Shown in pieces: positions 1 to 9,561 of a stretch of 64,000 nt of DNA. Positions within the stretch are counted from its first letter, which is position 1. Every line of letters begins with the position of its first letter. The position numbers were made by a program, and so were the translations under genes. A model generated the notes under the pieces. That model was given only the letters and a program-made list of their open reading frames with translations, did no database searches and was not told where the DNA came from. The stretch comes from Candidatus Omnitrophota bacterium (lineage in GTDB: Bacteria; Omnitrophota; Gorgyraeia; Duberdicusellales; 4484-171), in the NCBI GenBank assembly GCA_028692655.1, contig JAQUWY010000001.1:24116-88115 (forward strand), written 5' to 3'.

Positions 1-716
1 CTTAAATATCTGGTCTATTATGTGCCTGGGCCGGGAGCCTTTCTTTATGGATAAAAATAATAATTTAAGGCTGCGTTTCGCTCCGGTATTAAAGAAGAAT
101 TTTTTTACATCTTTGCCCCGAAATGTAAAATTTAACGGTAAAAGCATAAAAATTGAAAAAAATACCTTTGCCTTTAAGCTCTTTTCAAAGACCCTGGTTT
201 GTTACCATAATGACTTGCGTAAAGATACTTTTTGTGATTGCCGGGTTAAAAAAATAGAGGTGGTTTTGAAAAACAAAAAAGATGTATGTTTTTCAAGCAT
301 TTTAAGCCCTTCCTTAAGTTTTGCTGTGCGCCGGGGCGAAGCTGAAAAGATTGATATTTATTTGGGCTGAAACGGCTCTAAAGCCTTAATTATCAAAGCA
401 TTAGCTTAAAAATTAATTTTTTAGAAAACCCTTGACAATAAGGGGTTTATTTGATAAAAATCTTATAGGGTTATTTGGGGGCAAAACTAATAAAATTAAG
501 AACAATTCTGAATCTATCCCCATATAACGAGTTCTTTGATTTAACAGGTAAATAACGGTTATACCATTCAAGGCGTATTCAAACCTGGCAAAAAAGGAGG
601 TGGGGATAAAAGACGCAGCCAGAATATGTCAAAAAAATGGATGATATAACTATAGATTGTCAATAACAAGGGTTGAGAACCTTGTGGTATAGAGATTTTA
701 ATAAAGGAGGATTTGA

Positions 717-2033
717 ATGAGTAGAAAATTGATAATGGCTATTGTAGCCCTTTCTTTTGTCTTTACAGGGGCTGCTTTCGCCGCGGTTGAAAACATCAAA
801 GTAAGCGGAGACATTGGAGAGCAATATCTTGTCAGAGATTTCACTATGGGTGCTTCCACTGATGGTGATGACTCTGATCACCAAGGCATTTTCTCCCAAA
901 TCCGCTTAAGATTTGATGCTGACTTAACCGAAGGCGTTAGCGCTACTGTCCGGTTATTGAATGAAAGACTTTGGGGTGTAGAAGATGGTTTCAATGATAC
1001 AGAATCTTTCAATTTGGATTTAGGCTACATTGAGTTAAAGGAATTTCTTTATCAGCCTCTGACTATGATCATTGGTCGTCAGAACCTTCGCTACGGTAAT
1101 GCTCTTATCATCGGCGACCCTGACACAAACCAGACTGCAGCCGGCGAAACTCCATCGCTTGTTGGTGATTTGTCATGGAAGAAGTCATTTGATGCTGCCA
1201 GGGCAGTTCTTGATTTCTCTCCTTACACAATTGATGTGATTTATGCTCGTTTAGATGAAAATCTTACCGGTTATCGCGATGAGCAGAATATCTACGGTGT
1301 GTATGGAACTTATGACTGGAGTTCTTACAATGGTGTTACCGAAGCCTATTTTATCGGCGCGGATAACTCTGATGGCGGAACTTGGACTGAAAAGAAAGAA
1401 AGAACCTATACTGTAGGTGCCCGGGCTCAGATGGATCCTAACGATCACATCACTCTTGGCCTTGAAGGTGCTTGGCAGTTTGGTAACGACGCCGTTGCTT
1501 CTGATGACAACCGCAGCCGCCGTGCTTATGCTACACAGTTACTTACAGAATACAGATTTCTTAACAAATACAACGCTAAGGTTGGCATAGATTTTACTTA
1601 TCTTAGTGGTGATAAAGGGAAAACAACCGGAAGAACCGAATCTTGGGATCCTTTATACGAAGACCAGACACCGGGAGAATTGGTAAATATATTATTTGCT
1701 AATACAAACCTTTTATTGCCTGGTTTCAAAGTTTCTATGATGCCCAGAGAAGACCTTACTTTGAATTTACGCTACGTTCATGCAAGATATGCTAGAAAAG
1801 TTGCTTCTGATACCTATGAGCCAACTAAAGGCCCATCTTATGGTGAATCTTATAGTGTAGACAGGAACAAAAAGTATCTTGGTGATGAAGTTGATTTTGG
1901 TGCTACTTATGATTACACTGAAGATGTTCAGTTTAACTTAAGCGGCGCTTTGTTTATGCCGGGAGCTTATTTTAAATCAACCCATGACAATACCTCTTAT
2001 TCAGTAAGAGGCGGCGTAACAGTTAACTTCTAA
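717..2033 (+). CDS. outer-membrane beta-barrel protein (porin-like), paralog A
   Basis: 438-aa ORF with a signal peptide ending AFA|AVEN. Strong SD aaaggagg 8 nt upstream. C-terminal ...VRGGVTVNF ends in F, typical of outer-membrane beta-barrels. Tandem paralog of 2301..3617. Confidence 0.6.
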   Translation: MSRKLIMAIVALSFVFTGAAFAAVENIKVSGDIGEQYLVRDFTMGASTDGDDSDHQGIFSQIRLRFDADLTEGVSATVRLLNERLWGVEDGFNDTESFNLDLGYIELKEFLYQPLTMIIGRQNLRYGNALIIGDPDTNQTAAGETPSLVGDLSWKKSFDAARAVLDFSPYTIDVIYARLDENLTGYRDEQNIYGVYGTYDWSSYNGVTEAYFIGADNSDGGTWTEKKERTYTVGARAQMDPNDHITLGLEGAWQFGNDAVASDDNRSRRAYATQLLTEYRFLNKYNAKVGIDFTYLSGDKGKTTGRTESWDPLYEDQTPGELVNILFANTNLLLPGFKVSMMPREDLTLNLRYVHARYARKVASDTYEPTKGPSYGESYSVDRNKKYLGDEVDFGATYDYTEDVQFNLSGALFMPGAYFKSTHDNTSYSVRGGVTVNF

Positions 2034-2052
2034 GTAATTACTTAAGATTATA

Positions 2053-2088
2053 AAAACCCCGTGCTTCTAAAGAGCACGGGGTTTTTTA
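2053..2088 (+). terminator. rho-independent terminator
   Basis: ccccgtgct-tctaaagag-agcacgggg stem-loop followed by a T tract, directly after the stop of ORF 717..2033. Confidence 0.7.
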
Positions 2089-2300
2089 TTGCATCTTGCC
2101 TGCTTGCCACAAGTATAAGCGGGATTATTTTTTTCTTGCCTACCATTAAAATATTCAGTATAATAAAACTAATAATATTTAAATAACCTTTCCTCATCTG
2201 TAGAATTTGCTTTTGATCTGTGTATATCCGTTTTTTAATCCGTGAGAATCCGTGTAGCCATTTGTAATCGGTGTAATCAATCTTTAAAGGAGGGATTTGG

Positions 2301-3617
2301 ATGAGTAGAAAACTGGTATTTTTTCTGGTTGTTTTTTTCTTTTGTTTTTCCGCGGCCGCTTTTGCGGCGGTTGAAAACATCAAGGTAAGCGGAGATATTG
2401 GCGAGCAATACTTTGCCCGCGGCCTTACTCTTGGCCAGAGCTATAACGGAAGTAATTCTCATCAGGGTGTATTCTCTCAAATCCGCTTAAGATTTGATGC
2501 TGACTTAACCGAAGGAGTAAGCGCGACTGTCAGGTTGCTTAATGAAAGGCTTTGGAATGCCGAAGATTCAAATGATGATAAAGAATCTTTAAATTTAGAT
2601 TTAGGTTATATTGAATTAAAAGAGTTTTTCTATCAACCCTTAACTTTAATTGTCGGCCGCCAGAATTTGCGTTACGGAAACGCTATGATTGTAGGTGACC
2701 CTGACACAAACCAGACCGCCGCCGGCGAAACCCCTTCGATTGTAAGTGATTTATCCTGGAAAAAGTCATTTGACTCTATCAGGGCAATCCTTGATTTTTC
2801 TCCCTACACAATTGATGTGATTTACGCCCGTTTAAAAGAAAACGAAACCGGATATCGTGATGAGCAGAATTTATACGGCGTTAACGTAGCCTATGACTGG
2901 GCTATGGGTAATGGCGCGGTAACCGAAGGCTATTTCTTCGGCACTGATAATTCTGATTCTACCGGCACCTGGACCGATAAAAAAGACAGAGTTTATGCCT
3001 TGGGTGCCAGAACCCTGTTTCATTTGAGTGAAAATTTTACCCTTGGCACAGAAGGCGCTTATCAGTTTGGCAGAAGAGCTGTTAGTGCTACCAGCCATCA
3101 GTCACGCCGGGCTTATGCCGGACAATTTATCAGTGAATATCGGTTCAACAATAAATATGATGCCAAGATTGGCATTGATTATTCTTTCTTCTCCGGAGAT
3201 AAGCCCAACAGCGACCGCTATGAAGCCTGGGACCCGATGTATGAAGACCAGACTCCAGCTGAGCTGATGAATGTTTTGCTTACCCAGAGTAACCGTCAAT
3301 TGATAGGCTTTACCGCTTCAATGGTTCCGGTTGAAGATGTAATTTTGAAAGTAAGGTATGCCCGCGGCTGGTGCGTAAAGGGATTTACTTCTTCTATTAT
3401 ACAAGTCGCCGCAGGGCCTGCCGCCGGAAACGTCTATTATGTAAACGTAGGAAAGAAGTTTCTGGGTGATGAAATCGATATCAGCGCCAATTATGATTAC
3501 ACCGAAGATATTAAATTCAGCCTTTCCGGAGCCTGCCTGCTTCCGGGGAAGGTCTTTACCGGTGAAAACAACCATCCTGCCTATTCAGTGAGAGGCGGAG
3601 TAGTGGTTAATTTCTAA
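2301..3617 (+). CDS. outer-membrane beta-barrel protein (porin-like), paralog B
   Basis: 438 aa, same length and architecture as 717..2033. Signal peptide AFA|AVEN. C-terminal ...VRGGVVVNF. Blocks of near-identical nucleotide sequence shared with paralog A. Confidence 0.6.
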   Translation: MSRKLVFFLVVFFFCFSAAAFAAVENIKVSGDIGEQYFARGLTLGQSYNGSNSHQGVFSQIRLRFDADLTEGVSATVRLLNERLWNAEDSNDDKESLNLDLGYIELKEFFYQPLTLIVGRQNLRYGNAMIVGDPDTNQTAAGETPSIVSDLSWKKSFDSIRAILDFSPYTIDVIYARLKENETGYRDEQNLYGVNVAYDWAMGNGAVTEGYFFGTDNSDSTGTWTDKKDRVYALGARTLFHLSENFTLGTEGAYQFGRRAVSATSHQSRRAYAGQFISEYRFNNKYDAKIGIDYSFFSGDKPNSDRYEAWDPMYEDQTPAELMNVLLTQSNRQLIGFTASMVPVEDVILKVRYARGWCVKGFTSSIIQVAAGPAAGNVYYVNVGKKFLGDEIDISANYDYTEDIKFSLSGACLLPGKVFTGENNHPAYSVRGGVVVNF

Positions 3618-3646
3618 AAGAATTTTGTAAAAATTTGCTTAGTTGC

Positions 3647-3683
3647 AACCCCGTACTTTTTAAGAAGTACGGGGTTTTATTTA
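3647..3683 (+). terminator. rho-independent terminator
   Basis: aaccccgtactt-tttaagaa-gtacggggtt stem-loop plus T tract after the stop of ORF 2301..3617. Confidence 0.7.
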
Positions 3684-4203
3684 ATATCTCCATAAAAATT
3701 CCTTTCTTTGATAGTTAAGGCGTACTATGTTACACTTATAGGTGCAATGAGAGCGTAGTTATGATATCCTTAAAGTCAACTGTAACCGTAGCGTAGGATT
3801 ATCGGAATTAAGAATTCCAAAAAAAGTTGACTATGCTTATCTGTGTATTGTAATAAACAGTTGTATAATAAATTATACAGGAGAAAATGCAGGAAAGGTT
3901 TTACTGTAGTACTGATGCCAATAGAGCTGTTCCCTGCTGAACTGTAGGCGATGACCAAACCACGACTGTAACAGCCAATTATATGATTATCTGTGTTAAA
4001 TAGCGGGGGATTAACTTAAGAGTTAATAATGTATTCATTTTTTATCGAAAGTAGCTACGTCTACACACAAAGTCTTTTAACGCTCCAAGCATTTTTAGGC
4101 AGATTGCTAATGCTGAATATTTAATTTGTAATATTAGATATTAGGGGTAAAAATGTTACTGATTTATTGAGTTAGTATAATTTAGGGCTTAAGCATAATT
4201 TTA

Positions 4204-4243
4204 TCTCCGCGTCAATTTTCTATTGGTGCGGAGGTTTTTATTT
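4204..4243 (+). terminator. rho-independent terminator closing an ORF-free ~0.5 kb stretch
   Basis: ctccgc...gcggag stem followed by gtttttattt. No ORF upstream of it between 3700 and 4200. Confidence 0.45.
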
Positions 4244-4312
4244 GGGGTGATTTTGGCCTTGCAAATTGTTATGGCATATGGTACAATTTTCTTGTAAAAG
4301 ATAGTAGGACAT

Positions 4313-5257
4313 ATGTCCTATATAGAATATAAGGGGTTTAGCCAGATTATGAAAAGATATCAACTAAGCGATAAGGAAAAGCTGGAAAAAGTATTGCTGG
4401 AAACGGGTATTTCCCGCTCTGAGCTTGCTCGGCGCTTGGAGGTGGATTATAAGACTGTTTATCGCTGGCTGGATAAAGAGGTTAAGCCTCACCCAGCCCA
4501 GGCTCAGGATATTGACCAGCTTTTTAAAGAATATGTTGACTTGAGGGAGATAGTGCTGCAATTGCAAAATAAACTAAAAAGCCCCATGCATATCTTAAAA
4601 GGCAATCAGGTTATCCGGGAAAAATTTCTTTTAGAGATGACTTATCACTCTAACGCCATTGAGGGAAGCCGGATGACCGTAAAAGAGACCCAGAGGGCTT
4701 TTGACGGCAAACAGGTACGGGGCAAGGAGATGTTTGAAGTATTAGAGGTAATAAACCATAAAAATGCACTACAGTTTTTATTAGAAAATATCCGGTCAGG
4801 CTTTAAAATTGATAGCAATTATATCTTTCAATTGCACAGAACAGTAATGTATAATTTTAATAATAAATTGCCCGGAAAATACAGAACCGGCCATGTCAAC
4901 TTGCTGAATACTGAAAAAGCGCTTCCATCCGCCCAGGAAGTTCCTTTGAGGATGGGTAAGTTAATCAAGAATATCAACAATTACGGTAAGGATGCGATAA
5001 GTAAGATTGCCCGCGACCATTATGAATTTGAAGCCATTCATCCTTTTTTTGACGGAAACGGCAGAGTAGGCAGGCTGATAATGATAACCCAGCTTTTAAT
5101 TAAAGGGTTTGCGCCGGCAATTGTCCAGGTTGAGGATAGGTATAAATATTATATGGCTTTGAGCAAGGCTGATTTTGGTAATTTTGAAAATATGGTGCAA
5201 GTGGTTTGTGATAGTATTGTGAAAGGCTATAGGTTGTTAACGGGCAGCATTAAATAG
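4313..5257 (+). CDS. Fic family protein (Fic/Doc AMPylation fold) with N-terminal HTH-like region
   Basis: Canonical Fic motif HPFFDGNGRVGR at residues ~240-251. sigma70-like promoter ttgcaa-17-tacaat at 4259-4287. Alternative start at 4349 has the better SD (aagggg). Confidence 0.8.
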   Translation: MSYIEYKGFSQIMKRYQLSDKEKLEKVLLETGISRSELARRLEVDYKTVYRWLDKEVKPHPAQAQDIDQLFKEYVDLREIVLQLQNKLKSPMHILKGNQVIREKFLLEMTYHSNAIEGSRMTVKETQRAFDGKQVRGKEMFEVLEVINHKNALQFLLENIRSGFKIDSNYIFQLHRTVMYNFNNKLPGKYRTGHVNLLNTEKALPSAQEVPLRMGKLIKNINNYGKDAISKIARDHYEFEAIHPFFDGNGRVGRLIMITQLLIKGFAPAIVQVEDRYKYYMALSKADFGNFENMVQVVCDSIVKGYRLLTGSIK

Positions 5258-5465
5258 GGACAGCGACCATTTTCTTAGAAATTCTAAGGTCTCTATTAAA
5301 TCTCTGCGCAATTATTGTTTTTTCTGCGTAACGAATCTTTATTTTGTTTTGTGTTTCTGTTAAGTAAACGGCTTAAGGAATGAGGCTTTAACGAAACAGA
5401 TTGACATATACGAAAAAGCTAATATAATGGATTTGTGTCCAAAATTTTAGAAAGTTGAGGAACCT

Positions 5466-6002
5466 ATGCTAAAAGAGGTATTTTATAGTACGAGTGCCCA
5501 AAAAGTCTTATGTTTCCTTTTGGCTAATCCTGAAAAGAGATTTTACGATAGGGAAGTCTCAAGGCTTACGAAAATAGGTCGAGCAGCCGGTAATTATTCG
5601 TTGCGTACTTTGATAGCGACAGGCATTGTTAAAAGGGAAAAAAGAGGCAGGATGTATTTTTACCATGTGAGCCTCGATGATCCAATTATAAGGCAGTTAA
5701 AAATAACTCAGAATCTCATCAACATTAAGCCATTAGCTGACAAATTAAGAGATATTTCTCTGAAGATAGTTCTTTATGGAAGCTCCGCAGGCGGGACTAA
5801 TCACGCAGAAAGCGATATAGATCTGTTTGTCCTTACCCGGGATGTTAAGAAGGTCAAGGATATCGTTTATAAGAGCTCTCTTAAGCAAAAGCTTCAGCAC
5901 GTAGTTACAACTCCACAGGACTTGATTAAACTAAAGAAAGATAATCCCGTATTCTATAAGGAAGTTTCCAGCGGGATAGTTCTCCACGAGGAGAAAAGAT
6001 GA
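5466..6002 (+). CDS. minimal nucleotidyltransferase (MNT) with N-terminal winged-helix, antitoxin-type
   Basis: NTase signature LYGSSAGG...ESDIDLFVL (GS...DxD). Stop overlaps the start of the downstream HEPN ORF (ATGA). Confidence 0.75.
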   Translation: MLKEVFYSTSAQKVLCFLLANPEKRFYDREVSRLTKIGRAAGNYSLRTLIATGIVKREKRGRMYFYHVSLDDPIIRQLKITQNLINIKPLADKLRDISLKIVLYGSSAGGTNHAESDIDLFVLTRDVKKVKDIVYKSSLKQKLQHVVTTPQDLIKLKKDNPVFYKEVSSGIVLHEEKR

Positions 6003-6430
6003 GCATTGAGTTCCAAAAGGCCATAGAGAAGAAACGGATATTACACTTTGCGCCAGGGAAAAATCAGGTTAAGAAAGAGCTTCTGGAGGCAGAAAACGAC
6101 TTATCCGAGGCGTTTAATAGGTTTGAGAGTGAAAAATACAAATACGCTACTATTACCGGCTACTATTCGATGTTTCATTCTGCCAGGGCCCTTATTTACT
6201 CAAAGGGATATCGTGAGAAAAGTCATTATTATCTGCTGGTTGCTTTAAACAGCCTTTTTGTAAACGCGGGGATCTTGTCTGAGGAGATAACCTCAGAATT
6301 TCATGATGCTATGGTTTTACGCGAGGATGCCGATTATCACGGCAATTTTACTAAAGAAGGCGCGGAAGCAGTGCTCAAAACAGCAAAGGAATTTTTGGCT
6401 ACTGCTAAGACTGTCTTAAAAACCAAATAA
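5999..6430 (+). CDS. HEPN domain protein (toxin-type partner of the MNT)
   Basis: 143 aa. R-x4-H HEPN motif in LREDADYHG. Translationally coupled to the upstream NTase, the classic HEPN/MNT arrangement. Confidence 0.7.
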   Translation: MSIEFQKAIEKKRILHFAPGKNQVKKELLEAENDLSEAFNRFESEKYKYATITGYYSMFHSARALIYSKGYREKSHYYLLVALNSLFVNAGILSEEITSEFHDAMVLREDADYHGNFTKEGAEAVLKTAKEFLATAKTVLKTK

Positions 6431-6601
6431 GATGAAAAGGGGGCAGATGTTAATGCTCAACAATTGGGTAATTCTTTTGATATGGTATAATGCCATAAAT
6501 TAAAGGAGAACCTAATGCAACACTCACAACAAATTATTGAAAAGAGTCTTCAGCTTGTTTGTGCGGTGTGCAAATTGTTTTAAACAGATAAGGAGGGTTA
6601 T

Positions 6602-6928
6602 ATGGAAGAAAAAAAATTCACTGAGGTAGAAATTAAGGAAGGTGCGCCTTTTGCGGCATTGTCTTATGTGTTTTTTTTGTGGATACTGACTTTTATTTTC
6701 AAAAAAGACAATGCCTTTGCTTTATATCATGCCCGCCAGGGGATAGTGATATTTATAGGAGATGTAATCTGTTTGACATTTATGTTTATACCGATTATAG
6801 GCGTTTTGTTTGGGCTGCTGGCATTAATTTTAGCGGTAGTCCGTGTGTATGGAATTCTACTCTCACTTACCGGCAAGAGCGACAAAATTTATGTAATTAG
6901 TGATTTGGCAGAAAAATTAGTTGTATGA
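6602..6928 (+). CDS. small integral membrane protein (DUF4870-like)
   Basis: 108 aa, two or three hydrophobic helices. Motif ALSYVFF...ALYHARQG typical of DUF4870-type proteins. SD aaggaggg upstream. Confidence 0.5.
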   Translation: MEEKKFTEVEIKEGAPFAALSYVFFLWILTFIFKKDNAFALYHARQGIVIFIGDVICLTFMFIPIIGVLFGLLALILAVVRVYGILLSLTGKSDKIYVISDLAEKLVV

Positions 6929-6985
6929 GGCTGAGAAACCAAAAAACGAAAAAACAGAAAAACAAGAAAACGAAAAGCATAAAGC

Positions 6986-7369
6986 ATGAGTGATATATTT
7001 CGCTTTCAGAAGTTTCCAGTATATAATGAAGCGAAATTATTTCGTCGGAAGTTAAAAGATTTAAGCAGTAGCAAATTTCCCAAGCAAGAACAGTATTGTT
7101 TGCTTTCTCAATTATGGAGAGCCTTAGATTCCATTTTACTTAATATTGCTGAGGGTTCGGATAGATACTCTGATATAGATTTTAGCAGGTTTTTAAATAA
7201 TGCGCTAACTTCTCTGAATGAAGCAGTCGCGTGCTTAGATTGTGCTTTGAGTGACTCTTATATTAATCCGGAGGAATACAGAAATTATCTTTTGGAGGCA
7301 GAGAGCCTATCTAAACAATTAAAAGCTTTTTCTTCAAAGGTAAGAAAATCGGATAGTAAGCAAAAATAG
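6986..7369 (+). CDS. four-helix-bundle protein (23S rRNA intervening-sequence protein family, TIGR02436-like), copy 1
   Basis: 127 aa. Family hallmarks: FPK.E.Y.L..QL.RA..SI..NIAEG and later ...NEA...L. Flanked by A-rich and T-rich low-complexity inverted repeats. Confidence 0.8.
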   Translation: MSDIFRFQKFPVYNEAKLFRRKLKDLSSSKFPKQEQYCLLSQLWRALDSILLNIAEGSDRYSDIDFSRFLNNALTSLNEAVACLDCALSDSYINPEEYRNYLLEAESLSKQLKAFSSKVRKSDSKQK

Positions 7370-7493
7370 ATTTTATTTATGTTTTTCCTGTTTTTAAAGC
7401 TTTTAGTTTCTTAGTTTTTATGTTTTTGGGTTTTTCAGTTTTTATGTCGTTATATCAAAAAAGTACAATTCAACGAAGGAGAAGAGGTTAATT

Positions 7494-8216
7494 ATGGCAA
7501 ATAAGAAAAGAAAAATAATTTATCCTGTCTCCGGGCCCAGCCAGCTGACTACAACTTTTGATGAGCATTTTGCCAGTTCAGACACCTGGAGAGTCTTCAG
7601 AATTATGAGCGAGTTTGTTGACGGGTTTGAAAGCCTTTCCCGGGTAAAACACGGAGTCTGTTTCTTCGGTTCACGCTGCACCCCAAAGAAACACCCCTAT
7701 TACAAATGCGCGTATGAAGCCGCGCGCCTATTAGCCAAAAAAGGTTATAGCATTATTACCGGTGCCGGCGGAGGCATAATGGAGGCTTCCAACAAAGGGG
7801 CTGATGAAGCCGGGGGGGTATCAGTGGGGCTAAATATACTTATACCTCAAAAGCAAAACGCCAACCCCTATGTTAATTATCTTATGGAATTCAGGTATTT
7901 TTTTGTCCGCAAAGTTATGTTTACCAAGAATTCCCATGCTTCAATCGTCTTTCCCGGCGGTTTTGGCACGCTTGATGAGCTTTTTGAGACATTAGCGTTG
8001 GTCCAAACGCACAGAGTGCCCCGGATTCCTGTGATCTTGGTCCATAAAGAATACTGGCAGGGGCTCGTTAATTGGCTCAAAACAAAGCTAATACAGGAAG
8101 GGACTATAGAGAAAAAAGATTTAGATTTGTTTGTGGTAGTTGACACTCCTCAGGAAATTTTATCGGCAGTAGAAAAGTTTTACGGCAAACCTAAAACTAA
8201 AAAAAAGGCAGAATAA
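7494..8216 (+). CDS. LOG family / TIGR00730 Rossmann-fold nucleotide-binding protein
   Basis: ITGAGGGIMEASNKGA and PGGFGTLDELFE motifs, the LOG-family signatures. Confidence 0.8.
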   Translation: MANKKRKIIYPVSGPSQLTTTFDEHFASSDTWRVFRIMSEFVDGFESLSRVKHGVCFFGSRCTPKKHPYYKCAYEAARLLAKKGYSIITGAGGGIMEASNKGADEAGGVSVGLNILIPQKQNANPYVNYLMEFRYFFVRKVMFTKNSHASIVFPGGFGTLDELFETLALVQTHRVPRIPVILVHKEYWQGLVNWLKTKLIQEGTIEKKDLDLFVVVDTPQEILSAVEKFYGKPKTKKKAE

Positions 8217-8515
8217 TGACTGGTCTGATCAGAGTCTGGAAAGAGCTGGATTTACAGGATATCGAAAAAAATCTAATTGTCGTAGGCGAGCTTTCCAGCG
8301 AATGTTTTGCATGCCACAAGATTGGTATTGATTTGCATTCTATACAATGTCCCGGCTGCGGTATATATTTCAAATATGTAGGTTTCAGGCGGAGAGTTCA
8401 GGCGGGATACTTGAAAAAGCTTAAAGACCAGCATCCTCAACTTTTATTCATAGATTTTGAAGATTTCAAAAAATCTCTGGGTAAGCGCGATGCCCGGAAA
8501 TTACTGGATATCTAG
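8216..8515 (+). CDS. hypothetical zinc-ribbon protein
   Basis: 99 aa. CxxH...CPGC cysteine pairs. Start overlaps the stop of the upstream gene (TAATG). Confidence 0.4.
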   Translation: MTGLIRVWKELDLQDIEKNLIVVGELSSECFACHKIGIDLHSIQCPGCGIYFKYVGFRRRVQAGYLKKLKDQHPQLLFIDFEDFKKSLGKRDARKLLDI

Positions 8516-8814
8516 TGGAGATATTCTTGCAACTCCTTCTTTTCTAACCTCTTGATATTGAATAATTTACCTAAAATTATCTGCAAAGCTCTACGTTTTA
8601 TTTTTGATATATACCATCCGAATTCTTAGGATTTTCCCCCTCATGGTAAAAAGACAAAAAGATTTTTATATTCCCAAAGCTCTATTTTTGCGCTAAAATA
8701 TTACATAATTTAGCGTAAGCTGGGGAGCGTACATTCAAAAGAGCCGTTTCGGATGTCTGCTTCCAGATAAATAAAAAGGTTTCATAATGGCAAGTCAATG
8801 TGATTATTTAAGTT

Positions 8815-9561
8815 ATGAAGAAATTTAAAGATAAGGTAATAGTCGTTACCGGAGGCTCACGGGGTATTGGCAAAGCCTGCTGTGAGGCTTTTGCCAGAGA
8901 AGGTGCCAATATAGTTTTTACTTACAACTCAAGTCAAGAGGCTGCCAAGAGCCTGAAACAGGAAATAGAAACTTCAGGTTCGCAAGTTTTAGCCTTACAG
9001 TTAGATGTGAAAAAATATGACGCCTGCCGCAAATTTGTTGAAAAAGTTTTAGACAAATTCCAGAAAATAGACGTGCTCATCAACAATGCCGGGATCATCA
9101 ACGATAAAGCCCTTATGATGATGAGCGAAAGCGACTGGCTGGATGTTATCAATACCAACCTTAACGGCACCTTTAACGTAACCAAGAACTCTATAATCTC
9201 CTTTATGAAGCAGAGAAAAGGTAATATTATCAATATTTCTTCCTTGAGCGGGATTCTGGGCCTGCCGCGCCAGGCTAATTATGCTGCCTCAAAAGGCGGG
9301 ATGATTTCTTTTACGCGCTCCCTGGCTAGGGAAGTAGCCCCGTTAAATATAAGGGTCAATGCCATAGCCCCCGGTTTCATACAAACCGATATGATAAAGG
9401 GCTTGAGGGAAGATTACGTTAAAGATGTTCTGCCGCAGATCCCCTTAGGGCGCTTCGGTGAGGCAAAAGAAGTGGCTCAAGTTGCTTTATTTTTAGCGGG
9501 AGATGAGTCGGACTATATAACCGGACAAGTCTTAAGGGTTGACGGGGGGTTGGGAATGTGA
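8815..9561 (+). CDS. fabG: 3-oxoacyl-ACP reductase (SDR family)
   Basis: VTGGSRGIGKA Rossmann motif. NNAG. Y-x3-K catalytic pair in YAASKGG. 248 aa. Confidence 0.8.
   Translation: MKKFKDKVIVVTGGSRGIGKACCEAFAREGANIVFTYNSSQEAAKSLKQEIETSGSQVLALQLDVKKYDACRKFVEKVLDKFQKIDVLINNAGIINDKALMMMSESDWLDVINTNLNGTFNVTKNSIISFMKQRKGNIINISSLSGILGLPRQANYAASKGGMISFTRSLAREVAPLNIRVNAIAPGFIQTDMIKGLREDYVKDVLPQIPLGRFGEAKEVAQVALFLAGDESDYITGQVLRVDGGLGM

Noticed and set aside
20-370. 116-aa ORF at the window start
   Set aside because: No RBS, low-complexity Lys/Phe-rich composition, no motif. Possibly spurious or a fragment, so not called.
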